From Candidatus Fraserbacteria bacterium (lineage in GTDB: Bacteria > Bipolaricaulota > Bipolaricaulia > RBG-16-55-9): a stretch of 29,301 bases of DNA. Under the pieces are notes generated by a model. It did not search any database and was not told the origin of the DNA. It worked only from the letters and a program-made list of their open reading frames with translations. The stretch is from positions 1 through 29,301 of the forward strand of contig JBBIPG010000025.1 of NCBI GenBank assembly GCA_037442925.1, in the 5' to 3' direction. Position numbers and translations under genes: made by a program. This document shows, piece after piece, positions 8,006-17,852 of the stretch (the first letter of the stretch is position 1; each line of letters starts with the position of its first letter).

Positions 8006-9634
8006 TTACTGCTTATTCACAATGTAGGGATCTACTCTCCATTGCGGGTTGAAGACGTAGCCTTGGACGTTCGCTCGGACTGCTACAGGCAGTGCCGGCT
8101 GGATCAGCGATACGAATGGGCCATTGTCCCGCAGGAGCAGTTGAATCTGGCGGAACAACTCTGACCGTCTTGCACTATCGACAGTGACTTGGACTTGTTC
8201 TGCCAACTGTTTCAGCTCCTGGTAACTGGAGGTATTGCTCTCCACGCTCCAGTTGGTCCGCTTGTCATAGATCCCACCGGGCAGGAACGCCGTGTAGTTG
8301 AGGGCATCAAGGAAGTCTGGAGTCCAGAATGAGATGAAGAAGGGAATCTGTCCGGCCCTCAAGCGGGTAAAGAAGGCGTCTACTTGTGTCGGGGTCAACT
8401 GGACCTTGATGCCCACTTCAGCGAGATCGGCCTGCACTTTCTGCGCTAATACATCGAAGTCGATGCCGCCGAAGGTGAAGCCACCGGGATACTCCAGAGG
8501 GATCGAGAAACCCTGGGCAAAGCCTGCTTGCTGAAGCAGACTGCGAGCCCTCTCAAGGTCCCGCTGGGGCGCGAAACTCGCATCGAGAGCTCCGGCAATG
8601 CCCACGGGTATGATCGTGGCAGGGGTCAGACTCCCGGTTCCTCCGAGGCTGTCGATCCCCGGATAGTCCAGGGCATGGCGGATCGCTTGCTCGACTTCCA
8701 CGCGATTGACTGTGCCGCCAGTTAGCGATGGGTCTTTATTGACGCCGAGAAAGATGGTGATCAAGGGGCTTGCAGGGATGACGCGGACCGCGGCATTACT
8801 CTTAAGCTGCTCTACTTGATCAGCTGTGATGTCCAGCGCGATGTCGATGTCTCCCTTCTCGAGAGTAAGACTCTGCACGCCCGCATCAGGTATGTTGCGC
8901 AAGATGTATTGCGCTAATGGAGCTGGCTCGCGCCAAGAGTTCGGATTGCGTTGCAGGACAACTTCAGAGCGGAGATCCGTGCTGACCAAGACGTAAGGCC
9001 CTGTACCAGCAGAATGGCTGTTGAGGAAACTCTCGGCACGATCGGTCTGGTCGGCGTCAGGTCCGCTGGTGCCACCCTGGGCAATCAAGGTCTTGCTATC
9101 GAGTATGGCGAAGTTGCCCACGGTGAGCTTGCTCAAGAGCGCTGGGTCAGGTTGATTCAGCTTCAGCACCACCGTGGCAGGATCAAGAGCCTCGACGGAC
9201 TGAATGGAATCCGCAAGGAACGAGGCAGGGCCTTTCAGTCCCTTGAAACGCTCGATGCTCCAGGCTACGTCAGCGGCTGTGAGTGGATTGCCGCTGGAGA
9301 AGCGAACCCCATCTCTCAGTGTGAAGGTGTAAGTCAGGCCATCGGCCGCGACCTCCCAGGATTTCGCCAGTTGTGGAACGACGTCACCATCTCCGTTGTC
9401 AGGGAGGGTGACCAGCGTCTCGTACAGGGCCTTATTGGTGAGAATAGCCGTCAGCTCGAATGAGCGTCCGGGGTCGAGGGTCTTTAAGTTGAACGATGTG
9501 CCTACGATGAGCGTCTGATCGCGCGAGATCCCTTGGCTAATGGCCCCTGTGCTTAGGGCGAGCGTTAGCGTTACAGCCGTGACGTATAGAAGCCACTTTC
9601 TCCAGTTGACGCCGAGTAGCTTGTTGCTGAGCAT
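8006..9634 (-). CDS. ABC transporter substrate-binding protein, family 5 (DppA/OppA-like)
   Basis: Signal peptide, TLDP, LYETLV, LAKSWEV..DGLTYTFTLRDGVRFSSGNPLTAADV, GTGPY; AAAGGAG RBS. Confidence 0.95.
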   Translation of the reverse strand: MLSNKLLGVNWRKWLLYVTAVTLTLALSTGAISQGISRDQTLIVGTSFNLKTLDPGRSFELTAILTNKALYETLVTLPDNGDGDVVPQLAKSWEVAADGLTYTFTLRDGVRFSSGNPLTAADVAWSIERFKGLKGPASFLADSIQSVEALDPATVVLKLNQPDPALLSKLTVGNFAILDSKTLIAQGGTSGPDADQTDRAESFLNSHSAGTGPYVLVSTDLRSEVVLQRNPNSWREPAPLAQYILRNIPDAGVQSLTLEKGDIDIALDITADQVEQLKSNAAVRVIPASPLITIFLGVNKDPSLTGGTVNRVEVEQAIRHALDYPGIDSLGGTGSLTPATIIPVGIAGALDASFAPQRDLERARSLLQQAGFAQGFSIPLEYPGGFTFGGIDFDVLAQKVQADLAEVGIKVQLTPTQVDAFFTRLRAGQIPFFISFWTPDFLDALNYTAFLPGGIYDKRTNWSVESNTSSYQELKQLAEQVQVTVDSARRSELFRQIQLLLRDNGPFVSLIQPALPVAVRANVQGYVFNPQWRVDPYIVNKQ

Positions 9635-9946
9635 TATGTGTCTCCTTTCACATCTCAGTTGAAGTCGAATGAGTCGATTAACTTACTAACGATGTAAGCT
9701 GGCAACCTCTTAAGTTATGGCAAGCTACGGGGAGAGGGATGTGGTTAAGATCTACGGGATCTTAAAGACCACATCCCACAGTACAGGAGCAATGGTGCGT
9801 ATATCCGTATCTATGAACTGTTAGAGAAGAAATAGCCGGCAGGCGGTACGGCGAGTGTGTTACCTTAGGGGAGACAGACAACACTCTGGCTCTAACAAAG
9901 GCGATCACCCTTCATTGGCAGACCTCCCTTTATCTAAAGTGGGCGT

Positions 9947-9975
9947 ATCATAGCACAGAGAATTCGGAGTGTCAA
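9947..9975 (-). promoter_or_regulatory. sigma70 promoter reading toward the ABC operon
   Basis: Minus strand TTGACA-N17-TATGAT, with an extended -10 TG. Confidence 0.75.
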
Positions 9976-9990
9976 GGGCCCGAATTGACT

Positions 9991-10048
9991 CAACAAAAAA
10001 GCACTCGAAGCGGAGCTTCCTGCAAGTTCCGATGGACTGAAAGTGTGC
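9991..10048 (-). terminator. Probable intrinsic terminator after the rlpA-like gene
   Basis: Minus strand GCAC...CGGAACTT-GCAGG-AAGCTCCG...GTGC followed by TTTTTTGTTG. Confidence 0.5.
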
Positions 10049-10049
10049 A

Positions 10050-10415
10050 TTACGGCCAGTGCACGACTTTTAGGCCCACGCGCGCTGTGCCCTTCTGAAC
10101 GATGCCCAACTCCTGAGCAGCGGCATACGAGAGATCGATGATCCGGCCAGGGATGAACGGCCCGCGGTCATTGATGCGCACGATGACGCTACGGCCGGTA
10201 TCGAGATCGACCACCCTGACAACTGTATTGAAGGGGAGCGACTTATGGGCTGCCGTCATCTGGTTCATGTCGTAGATTTCACCGCTGGACGTCCTCTTGC
10301 CGTGGAAGCCGGGGCCATACCACGATGCAATGCCAACTTGGTCGTAGCTGAGATATTTCACTACGCCCACGATGAGGAACAGCGCCGCAAGACTTGCGAT
10401 CAAGATCTCTCTCAT
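10050..10415 (-). CDS. rlpA: RlpA-family (DPBB) lytic transglycosylase, short form without SPOR domain
   Basis: GIASWYGPGFHGKRTSSGE.YDM..MTAAHKSLPF...VRINDRGPF..GRIIDLS. Confidence 0.92.
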   Translation of the reverse strand: MREILIASLAALFLIVGVVKYLSYDQVGIASWYGPGFHGKRTSSGEIYDMNQMTAAHKSLPFNTVVRVVDLDTGRSVIVRINDRGPFIPGRIIDLSYAAAQELGIVQKGTARVGLKVVHWP

Positions 10416-10632
10416 CTGGAATCACGCCCAAGAAAGTGAGATTTGCTCAGCGATTGTAGTGTGAAGTGAGAGGCTGTGCAAATGCTGACAAGGTTTCACA
10501 AAAGCAGAGTGTGATATAATTACTGCCAAGGAGTCGGGCGGGAAGGAGCGATGTGGTTGCACTTGCCATCCGGCACAGTAATTACGGTTATGGATGTGGA
10601 TATAATCAATGAACCAAAGGAAGGTGAACCGT

Positions 10633-11013
10633 ATGAAAGAGTTTCGCCTCTCACTACCCCATCGACCGGCAGAATTGGCCAATGTGGCAGAAGCCATAGC
10701 GCGCAAGGGTGTCAATCTCAAGTCCGTTGCTGGCCTTACGGAGGGCAACAAGGCGACTATCGCTCTGGTGGGCCATGACGTGAACGCCCTAAGACAAGCT
10801 CTCCAGGAAGCTCGGATTCGCTTTGAGGAGGTCGAGCTTCTCACCGTGGAATTGGAGGACCAGCCAGGACAGTTGGCCGACTTGACCGCCAAGCTCAGTA
10901 CGGCAGGCGTCAATATCACGTCCCTTTACGTGTTGGGAAAGGAGGGCAGCAAAGTCCAGTTGGGGTTGACGACAGATCAGATCCCGAAGGCAAAGAAGGT
11001 CTTGGGGCAGTAA
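10633..11013 (+). CDS. Tandem ACT-domain protein
   Basis: LPHRPAELA...GVNL and LEDQPGQLA...GVNITSLY (two ACT repeats); AAGGAAGGTG RBS. Confidence 0.85.
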   Translation: MKEFRLSLPHRPAELANVAEAIARKGVNLKSVAGLTEGNKATIALVGHDVNALRQALQEARIRFEEVELLTVELEDQPGQLADLTAKLSTAGVNITSLYVLGKEGSKVQLGLTTDQIPKAKKVLGQ

Positions 11014-11023
11014 ACTTCGATCT

Positions 11024-11485
11024 TCAAGCCGGTTTACTCGAGCGCGCCCGCCGTCGAGTCGTTCGGCTAGTGTGAAGTTTTGAGCGATCTGCCGCCACCT
11101 CGGCAAGCGAAAGATTTGCCATCAGATCCCAGACTTTGGGCCGGGCCTCTCGCCAGACATCATGGAGCATACAAGGGTTTTCATCCGAGCAATGGTTGCT
11201 CCAGAAGATGCAGCGCTCAAAGACTTCGGGGCCTTCAATAGCTTCGACGATCTCTTTGATGCGAATCTCTCTGGCAAGCTTGGCTAGACTGTAACCACGT
11301 TCCTTGCCCCGGAAGGAACGAAGGATGCCGTGAACGGTGAGCTTGCGAAAGATCTTGGCGAGGAACATCTGGGGAAGGCCCACAGCTTCTGCCACTTGAC
11401 TGAGCTGCAAGATGGTGCCCGGCGGTTGCTGGGCCAGATAGGCCAATCCCATTAAGCCGTACTGGCTTTCCTTCGACAATTTCAT
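11024..11485 (-). CDS. Rrf2-family transcriptional regulator with Fe-S ligand motif
   Basis: MKLSKESQYGL, FLAKIFRKL...SFRGKERGYSLAK, IVEAIEG, and C-x6-C-x5-C-x2-H (CIFWSNHCSDENPCMLH). Confidence 0.92.
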   Translation of the reverse strand: MKLSKESQYGLMGLAYLAQQPPGTILQLSQVAEAVGLPQMFLAKIFRKLTVHGILRSFRGKERGYSLAKLAREIRIKEIVEAIEGPEVFERCIFWSNHCSDENPCMLHDVWREARPKVWDLMANLSLAEVAADRSKLHTSRTTRRRARSSKPA

Positions 11486-11498
11486 GCTGCTTCCCAGA

Positions 11499-13208
11499 CT
11501 ATCGAATGGGCCACACCTGCGCAAGCTGAAGCATGTTCACGACCATAACGAGGATGAAGAACGCCAAGAAGCTGAACACCAGGACTAACGTGCCGGGCAT
11601 CTTGTGTTCCGCCGGAGCCGGGCTCGTGGGCACCGCTGTGACGACGGGAGGTTCTTGAGAGGCCGGAATCTTCTTGCCCATGAGCAACGAAGCCACCGCG
11701 ATCCCGATGTACATGGCCCCTCCCACCACGGAGATGAGCGCCCCCATGCCAAAGACGGCCAAGGCAATGTACGCTGTGATCGGAAAGGTCGCCACGACGG
11801 GAGCTCCGCTGTACGTGATGTCCGCAACCCTGCGGGGCACACCGAGCCAGCCCGCTGCCATCATTCCTGCAATGAGTAGTAGGAGCCCAATGGCGTAGAC
11901 GTAGGGTTGGAGCGCCGCCAGTCGCTTCCCCACGAGTTCTCTACGGGCGATGAGCGGGATGAGATAGTATGTTAAGCCCATGAAGGCCAGAGTCGTACCG
12001 GCAACGACAGTCGCATGGAAGTGTCCCGGGACAGCCAGCGTGTTGTGCCAGATCATGTTGATCTGCTCATGTCCCAAGGCCACACCCGTTGTCCCTCCCA
12101 GAAACCCGAAAAGAACCATGGATAGTGCCAGAGACGAGAACCCCGGCTCGCGCCAGGGTGCTTTCCTCAGCCATTCGAACACCCCTCGGGTGTAGCCCTT
12201 CGCCCGCTGCGCTATTTCAACCCCAGCCGGAATCGAGAACGCGTGAATCATGCTTCCTAAAACGGCCAGATACATGGCATAACTCGTGTTGAAGAGCTTA
12301 AACGCAATGGATATCCCCGGGTCCACAAGAAGATGGTGCACCGAGCCCAAATTGATGAAGAGGATGTAGAGCACGAACGCAAAGCGGCTCAGTCTCTCAT
12401 TCAGAGGCTTGGCCCCTGTGGTCATGAAAGCCAGTAGATACCAGATCGATACCATGGCCGCGAGGTTGATTTGCTGAGAGGCGTGCCCCAGGGACCAGAA
12501 GTTCAGCCGGTAGACTTCCGGGTCAAGGCTTGTGAGTCCCAGAGACCAGAAGAAGGCAGGCACGAACGTGATCACCCCGCCCAGCAGGGTGAAGGTAGCG
12601 ATGACGGCCGCGGTGATGAACCCGAAGGTCACCAAGGGCACGGAGTTTGTGTAGCGCCCTTCGGCCTTGGCCACTATGACATTGGCGAAGAATAGGCCCA
12701 CAGCGATCAGAGCGCCGACGGCAAACAAGATGGTGCCCAAATAGAACAGGGGATGAGCTCTTAAGGGGACATAGGAGCTGAACATCACATCGCCCTGCCC
12801 CATGAAGATCATGATGTTCGTAAGAGTGGCACCACCTAGCATCAAGCCGTATGCAAACCAGGCAAGGCGAGGCTGAACCAAGCGGGCGTTGAGAACGATG
12901 GCACTGCCAAAGTATAGACCCGCCACTTCGAAGAAGATGATCCAGTAGATGAGCATGTTCATGCCATGAGCTGTGAGGAACCGGTAGAACAGTTCCGGCG
13001 AGGAGGAGAGTAGCCCCACGGTTGGCCAGCGCGTGAGGGCCACCAAGAGCGCCATCACTCCCCCGATGAGCAAGAAAACTACGGCTGTAACCGCATTGGT
13101 CAGGACGAGACGTTCTGCCGCCGCATGGATTCTTAGCCCCGTGACCGGACAGACGCGAGAGACGAAATCCCGTGCACGTCCGAGCGATAGCGCTTCCGAC
13201 GTCATCAC
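11499..13208 (-). CDS. Heme-copper oxidoreductase subunit I, B-family-derived; probable eNOR-type nitric-oxide reductase
   Basis: Multi-pass membrane protein with His ligands in LTAHG, GHASQQ, SVHHLL and PGHFHAT. The HPxVY Tyr is replaced by Gln. Confidence 0.8.
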   Translation of the reverse strand: MMTSEALSLGRARDFVSRVCPVTGLRIHAAAERLVLTNAVTAVVFLLIGGVMALLVALTRWPTVGLLSSSPELFYRFLTAHGMNMLIYWIIFFEVAGLYFGSAIVLNARLVQPRLAWFAYGLMLGGATLTNIMIFMGQGDVMFSSYVPLRAHPLFYLGTILFAVGALIAVGLFFANVIVAKAEGRYTNSVPLVTFGFITAAVIATFTLLGGVITFVPAFFWSLGLTSLDPEVYRLNFWSLGHASQQINLAAMVSIWYLLAFMTTGAKPLNERLSRFAFVLYILFINLGSVHHLLVDPGISIAFKLFNTSYAMYLAVLGSMIHAFSIPAGVEIAQRAKGYTRGVFEWLRKAPWREPGFSSLALSMVLFGFLGGTTGVALGHEQINMIWHNTLAVPGHFHATVVAGTTLAFMGLTYYLIPLIARRELVGKRLAALQPYVYAIGLLLLIAGMMAAGWLGVPRRVADITYSGAPVVATFPITAYIALAVFGMGALISVVGGAMYIGIAVASLLMGKKIPASQEPPVVTAVPTSPAPAEHKMPGTLVLVFSFLAFFILVMVVNMLQLAQVWPIR

Positions 13209-13212
13209 CCGT

Positions 13213-13737
13213 TCACTCCTTTACGAGGATCTTGCCCGTCATCTGGTGATGGGCAAGCCCGCAGTATTCGTTGCAGACAATGGTGTATTCCCCGGCCTCG
13301 CTGGGTGTGAGAATGAGCACATAGTCATAGCCGGGGACGATCTGGAAATTCATGTTCACGGGTTGGAGGGAAAACCCGTGGTTGACGTCGACCGAAGAAA
13401 CGTGAAGGCGGTACGTCTTCCCCTTCGTAAGCTCGAGGATGGGCATCCACTGGAACTGCATGGCCAAGAGATAGACATCCCCTTCGGGGGGACGGACGAT
13501 GGGAATGCCTGCTTCCTCACCGACTTGATAGCGAGCGATGAAATCGTTCGTGAGTTGGCTAAATCGCTCCGGCGAAACCCGATAGGCCAAGTGAGGGGTG
13601 TTCTGTCGGGCCAAAAGATGCCAGAGGGGCATGGTGGAGAAGAGCGCAACGATGAAGACAAGGCTCACCCCCAGCCACAGGCGTTCCTGTCTTCCTAGGC
13701 GTTTCCACCAGACACGTTCCGGCGGCGTAAGAGCCAT
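13213..13737 (-). CDS. CuA-containing subunit II
   Basis: One TM helix, then DVNHGFS...CNEYCGLAHHQM (CuA ligands); AAGGAGGAG RBS. Confidence 0.93.
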   Translation of the reverse strand: MALTPPERVWWKRLGRQERLWLGVSLVFIVALFSTMPLWHLLARQNTPHLAYRVSPERFSQLTNDFIARYQVGEEAGIPIVRPPEGDVYLLAMQFQWMPILELTKGKTYRLHVSSVDVNHGFSLQPVNMNFQIVPGYDYVLILTPSEAGEYTIVCNEYCGLAHHQMTGKILVKE

Positions 13738-13759
13738 TCAGATCTCCTCCTTACGCACG

Positions 13760-14239
13760 TTACTTCAAGCCTTTCATGTACTCGATCAGCGTTTCCAGCT
13801 CCACCGACGAGATTCGTCCTTGGTAATTGGGCATCGCCCCTACTGGGTATCCACGGACGACTTTCGCGTTCGGGTTGAGAATGGATTCCCGAAGATACGC
13901 TTCATCGGCCGTGATGGTCGACCCGTCTGCCAGAGGGATAGAAGCTCCAAAGAGTCCCTTCCAGGTGGGGCCGAATCTCTCCGAGCCATCGGTGGAGTGG
14001 CAGCCCAAGCAGCCGAGGTTGCGAACCAATTCCTCTGCGGATCTTTGAGAGGCCTGTGGCATCGTCGCCGACTCCGCCGCCGGGAGTGGCGGGAGGCTGC
14101 CGATATCCATCAGCCCCCACACGATGTAAATCAGAAAGGGAACCGCGACACCTACCAAAAGTAGAAGGAACATGTCATCAAAGAGGACTTGAATGAGAGG
14201 GACCGGCTCAGCCATCTGGCGTTGCTCGTCCTTGCGCAC
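13760..14239 (-). CDS. Membrane-anchored monoheme cytochrome c (small-subunit-like TM segment fused to cytochrome c)
   Basis: TM segment LFDDMFLLLLVGVAVPFLIYIVWGLMDI, then CLGCH, GPTWKGLFG, YLRESILNP, MP. GTG start after AAAGGAGG. Confidence 0.88.
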   Translation of the reverse strand: MRKDEQRQMAEPVPLIQVLFDDMFLLLLVGVAVPFLIYIVWGLMDIGSLPPLPAAESATMPQASQRSAEELVRNLGCLGCHSTDGSERFGPTWKGLFGASIPLADGSTITADEAYLRESILNPNAKVVRGYPVGAMPNYQGRISSVELETLIEYMKGLK

Positions 14240-14312
14240 CTGGGTGCCTCCTTTGTGTGTGACGCTCCATCTGCTAATGGATGCAAAGGACCGTTTTACT
14301 CCAGTGAGGAAT

Positions 14313-14341
14313 ACTCTAACACATCTGAGGTGGGTTGTCAA
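14313..14341 (-). promoter_or_regulatory. sigma70 promoter of the heme-copper operon
   Basis: Minus strand TTGACA-N17-TAGAGT, with TG just upstream of the -10. Confidence 0.65.
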
Positions 14342-14353
14342 TACCCTACTGTT

Positions 14354-14809
14354 TCACAATGCGCTCACGATCTTATCGAGTAGCACGTGCAGCACGTTCG
14401 GGAGATACAGCCCTACGCCTAGAATGAGCAGACTCCGCTCGTTGAGCCAGGAAGGGGCTTGCTCAGGCAATGCAAAGCCCAGAGAACTCAGTCCCACAAG
14501 CACCAGGCCGAAGACGGTTCCCAAGTAGACCAGACGCGTGAGCGAGCCCAGCATCAAACTGTGGCTCATGCCCCGATGCTTGAAGATCTTAAAATACGGA
14601 ATCCAGATAAACCCAAGTGGTCCCCAACGCCGACGGGTGCTGTTGTGCCGAAGATCCAGATCGGGACTGAGCAGCAAGCTCGAAAGAAGGTACGCCCCTC
14701 CAAAGAGGAGAACTTCCTCCCCATGTGGCGTGAAAACGTAATAGAAACCGGCTAGAAAACCCGGCCATAAGACAAGTTCGACGGCCAGATGGGTCTTTCC
14801 TGAAGGCAT
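14354..14809 (-). CDS. DUF2227-family putative metal-binding membrane protein
   Basis: MPSGKTH, LSPDLDL, RWGPLGFIWIPY, HRGMSH, HVLLD. Confidence 0.85.
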   Translation of the reverse strand: MPSGKTHLAVELVLWPGFLAGFYYVFTPHGEEVLLFGGAYLLSSLLLSPDLDLRHNSTRRRWGPLGFIWIPYFKIFKHRGMSHSLMLGSLTRLVYLGTVFGLVLVGLSSLGFALPEQAPSWLNERSLLILGVGLYLPNVLHVLLDKIVSAL

Positions 14810-14887
14810 GGATTCCCCCTATTGTGGCGGAGAGTAGCAGGATATCCCGTTCTCGTCTAGGAAATCTGTCACCCCAGAGGGCCACGC

Positions 14888-14916
14888 TTGACTCCTAAGG
14901 TGGCGTTCGGTATAAT
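14888..14916 (+). promoter_or_regulatory. groESL sigma70 promoter
   Basis: TTGACT-N17-TATAAT. Confidence 0.85.
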
Positions 14917-14917
14917 T

Positions 14918-14944
14918 TTAGCAATCAACCCTGAAGAGTGCTAA
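14918..14944 (+). promoter_or_regulatory. CIRCE element (HrcA operator)
   Basis: TTAGCAATC-N9-GAGTGCTAA, one mismatch to TTAGCACTC-N9-GAGTGCTAA, directly upstream of groES. Confidence 0.92.
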
Positions 14945-14985
14945 ACAATTCCAAACTGTGATGAGATCAAGCGAAAGGAGGAACA

Positions 14986-15267
14986 ATGGCGAAGAAGCTG
15001 AAACTGAAGCCTCTGGGCAGCCGCGTGCTGGTGCAAGAGGTCAAGGACGAGGAGAAGGGAGGGATCGTCCTCCCTGAGGACGTCGAAACCGCGCGAGACT
15101 ACCTCAAAGCCGAGGTCATCGAGGTAGGCACCGACGCGGAGAAGATCCACGTGAAGAAGGGCGATCGGGTCCTGCTCGACGGCTTCTCCGGCAAGAAGCT
15201 GGAGCTCGGCGGTGAGGAGTACTGGATCGTCAAATCGAGCGATATTCTCGCGATTGAGGAATCATAG
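14986..15267 (+). CDS. groES: Co-chaperonin GroES
   Basis: LKPLGSRVLV, GGIVLP, VKKGDRVL, DILAI; AAAGGAGG RBS. Confidence 0.97.
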   Translation: MAKKLKLKPLGSRVLVQEVKDEEKGGIVLPEDVETARDYLKAEVIEVGTDAEKIHVKKGDRVLLDGFSGKKLELGGEEYWIVKSSDILAIEES

Positions 15268-15282
15268 CGGAGGAGGAGTGAT

Positions 15283-16905
<1,623 letters not shown>

Positions 16906-16935
16906 AAGTAAGAGTCGCAAGAGACGCAGGAAGGT

Positions 16936-16987
16936 GAGGGGCTCCCTCTGTGGCGCTATAATCCAAGCGTCGCAGAGGGAGTTTCTC
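16936..16987 (+). terminator. Long hairpin after groEL (terminator-like) overlapping the patatin RBS
   Basis: GAGGGGCTCCCTCTGTGGCGCT-ATAATCCA-AGCGTCGCAGAGGGAGTTTCTC, about 22-bp stem including G-U pairs. Confidence 0.6.
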
Positions 16988-16991
16988 GTCT

Positions 16992-17852
16992 ATGAGCAGA
17001 CCCAAAGTTGGCTTGGCCCTCGGAGGTGGAGGAGCCCGAGGGTACGCTCATTTGGGCGTCATCCGCACGCTTTGCAGGCACGACATCCCCATTCATATCA
17101 TCGTGGGGACCAGCATGGGAGCGGTGATCGGCGGAGCCTATGCCTGCGGTGTGGACCTCACGAAGCTGGAGCGCATCATCAAGACGCTCGATCTCAACCG
17201 CATGCTCCGCTTTCCCAAGAGCTCGCTGCGCGGGCTGGTGGGCAACACGGCCTCGGAGTATCTGCTTAAGCGGCGCGACTGGCGCAAACGAGATCACGAG
17301 GGCACACAAGCCCTCATCGAGTTCTTCAACGTCTTTACTCAAGGCAAGTCCTTCTCGGAACTCAAGACGTGCTTTGCCGTCGTGACGGTGGATATCGACA
17401 GTGGCGAGGAGGTTGTGCTCCGTGAGGGGCCTGTCGCGCGCGCGGTGGCGGCGGGGATCGCCATTCCGGGAATCCACTATCCTGTGGAACATCGAGGTCG
17501 CTTCCTCATCGATGGGGGGCTCATCAACCGGGTGCCCGCGGACGTGGCCTTCTCCCTGGGAGCCGATGTCGTGCTGGCCGTGAACGTGAGCGCTGGACTT
17601 GCCTCGGGTGGGGTGACCAGCGTGGAGGTGCTGATGCAAGCAGAGTCCATTGTGCTGAGGGAGATGACGCGACTGAGATTGATGTTGCTTACGCAGCGTG
17701 TCGGCGATCGACTCCTGTTGATTGAGCCCCCTGTGGAACATGTCAAGACCCTTTCTTTAGATAAAGTTGAGCCTCCGATCCGTGCGGGTGAGGAGGAGAC
17801 CTCGCGCCGCATGGAAGAGATTCGTGCGCTGATCGCGCGGTACAGCCACTAG
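16992..17852 (+). CDS. Patatin-like phospholipase (RssA/NTE family)
   Basis: GGGGARG, GTSMG nucleophile elbow, DGG. Confidence 0.95.
   Translation: MSRPKVGLALGGGGARGYAHLGVIRTLCRHDIPIHIIVGTSMGAVIGGAYACGVDLTKLERIIKTLDLNRMLRFPKSSLRGLVGNTASEYLLKRRDWRKRDHEGTQALIEFFNVFTQGKSFSELKTCFAVVTVDIDSGEEVVLREGPVARAVAAGIAIPGIHYPVEHRGRFLIDGGLINRVPADVAFSLGADVVLAVNVSAGLASGGVTSVEVLMQAESIVLREMTRLRLMLLTQRVGDRLLLIEPPVEHVKTLSLDKVEPPIRAGEEETSRRMEEIRALIARYSH

Noticed and set aside
9818..9897. attC site suggested by GTTAGAG/CTCTAAC
   Set aside because: The boxes are in the wrong order (GTT before AAC) on both strands.
9635..9945. Known riboswitch (SAM, TPP, cobalamin, FMN, glycine, T-box, c-di-GMP)
   Set aside because: No conserved core motifs recognised by eye; an Infernal scan is still needed.
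11499..13208. Canonical ba3-type cytochrome c oxidase (cbaA)
   Set aside because: The HPxVY tyrosine is absent (HASQQ), so O2-reductase function is not supported.
13033..14164. Plus-strand ORFs of 221 and 188 aa
   Set aside because: Antisense to clear respiratory genes, with no recognisable motifs.
14284..14303. Rrf2 operator (AAAGGACCGTTTTACTCC)
   Set aside because: Well placed just after the promoter, but the dyad symmetry is too weak to call.
16956..17741. 261-aa minus-strand ORF
   Set aside because: Antisense shadow of the patatin gene.
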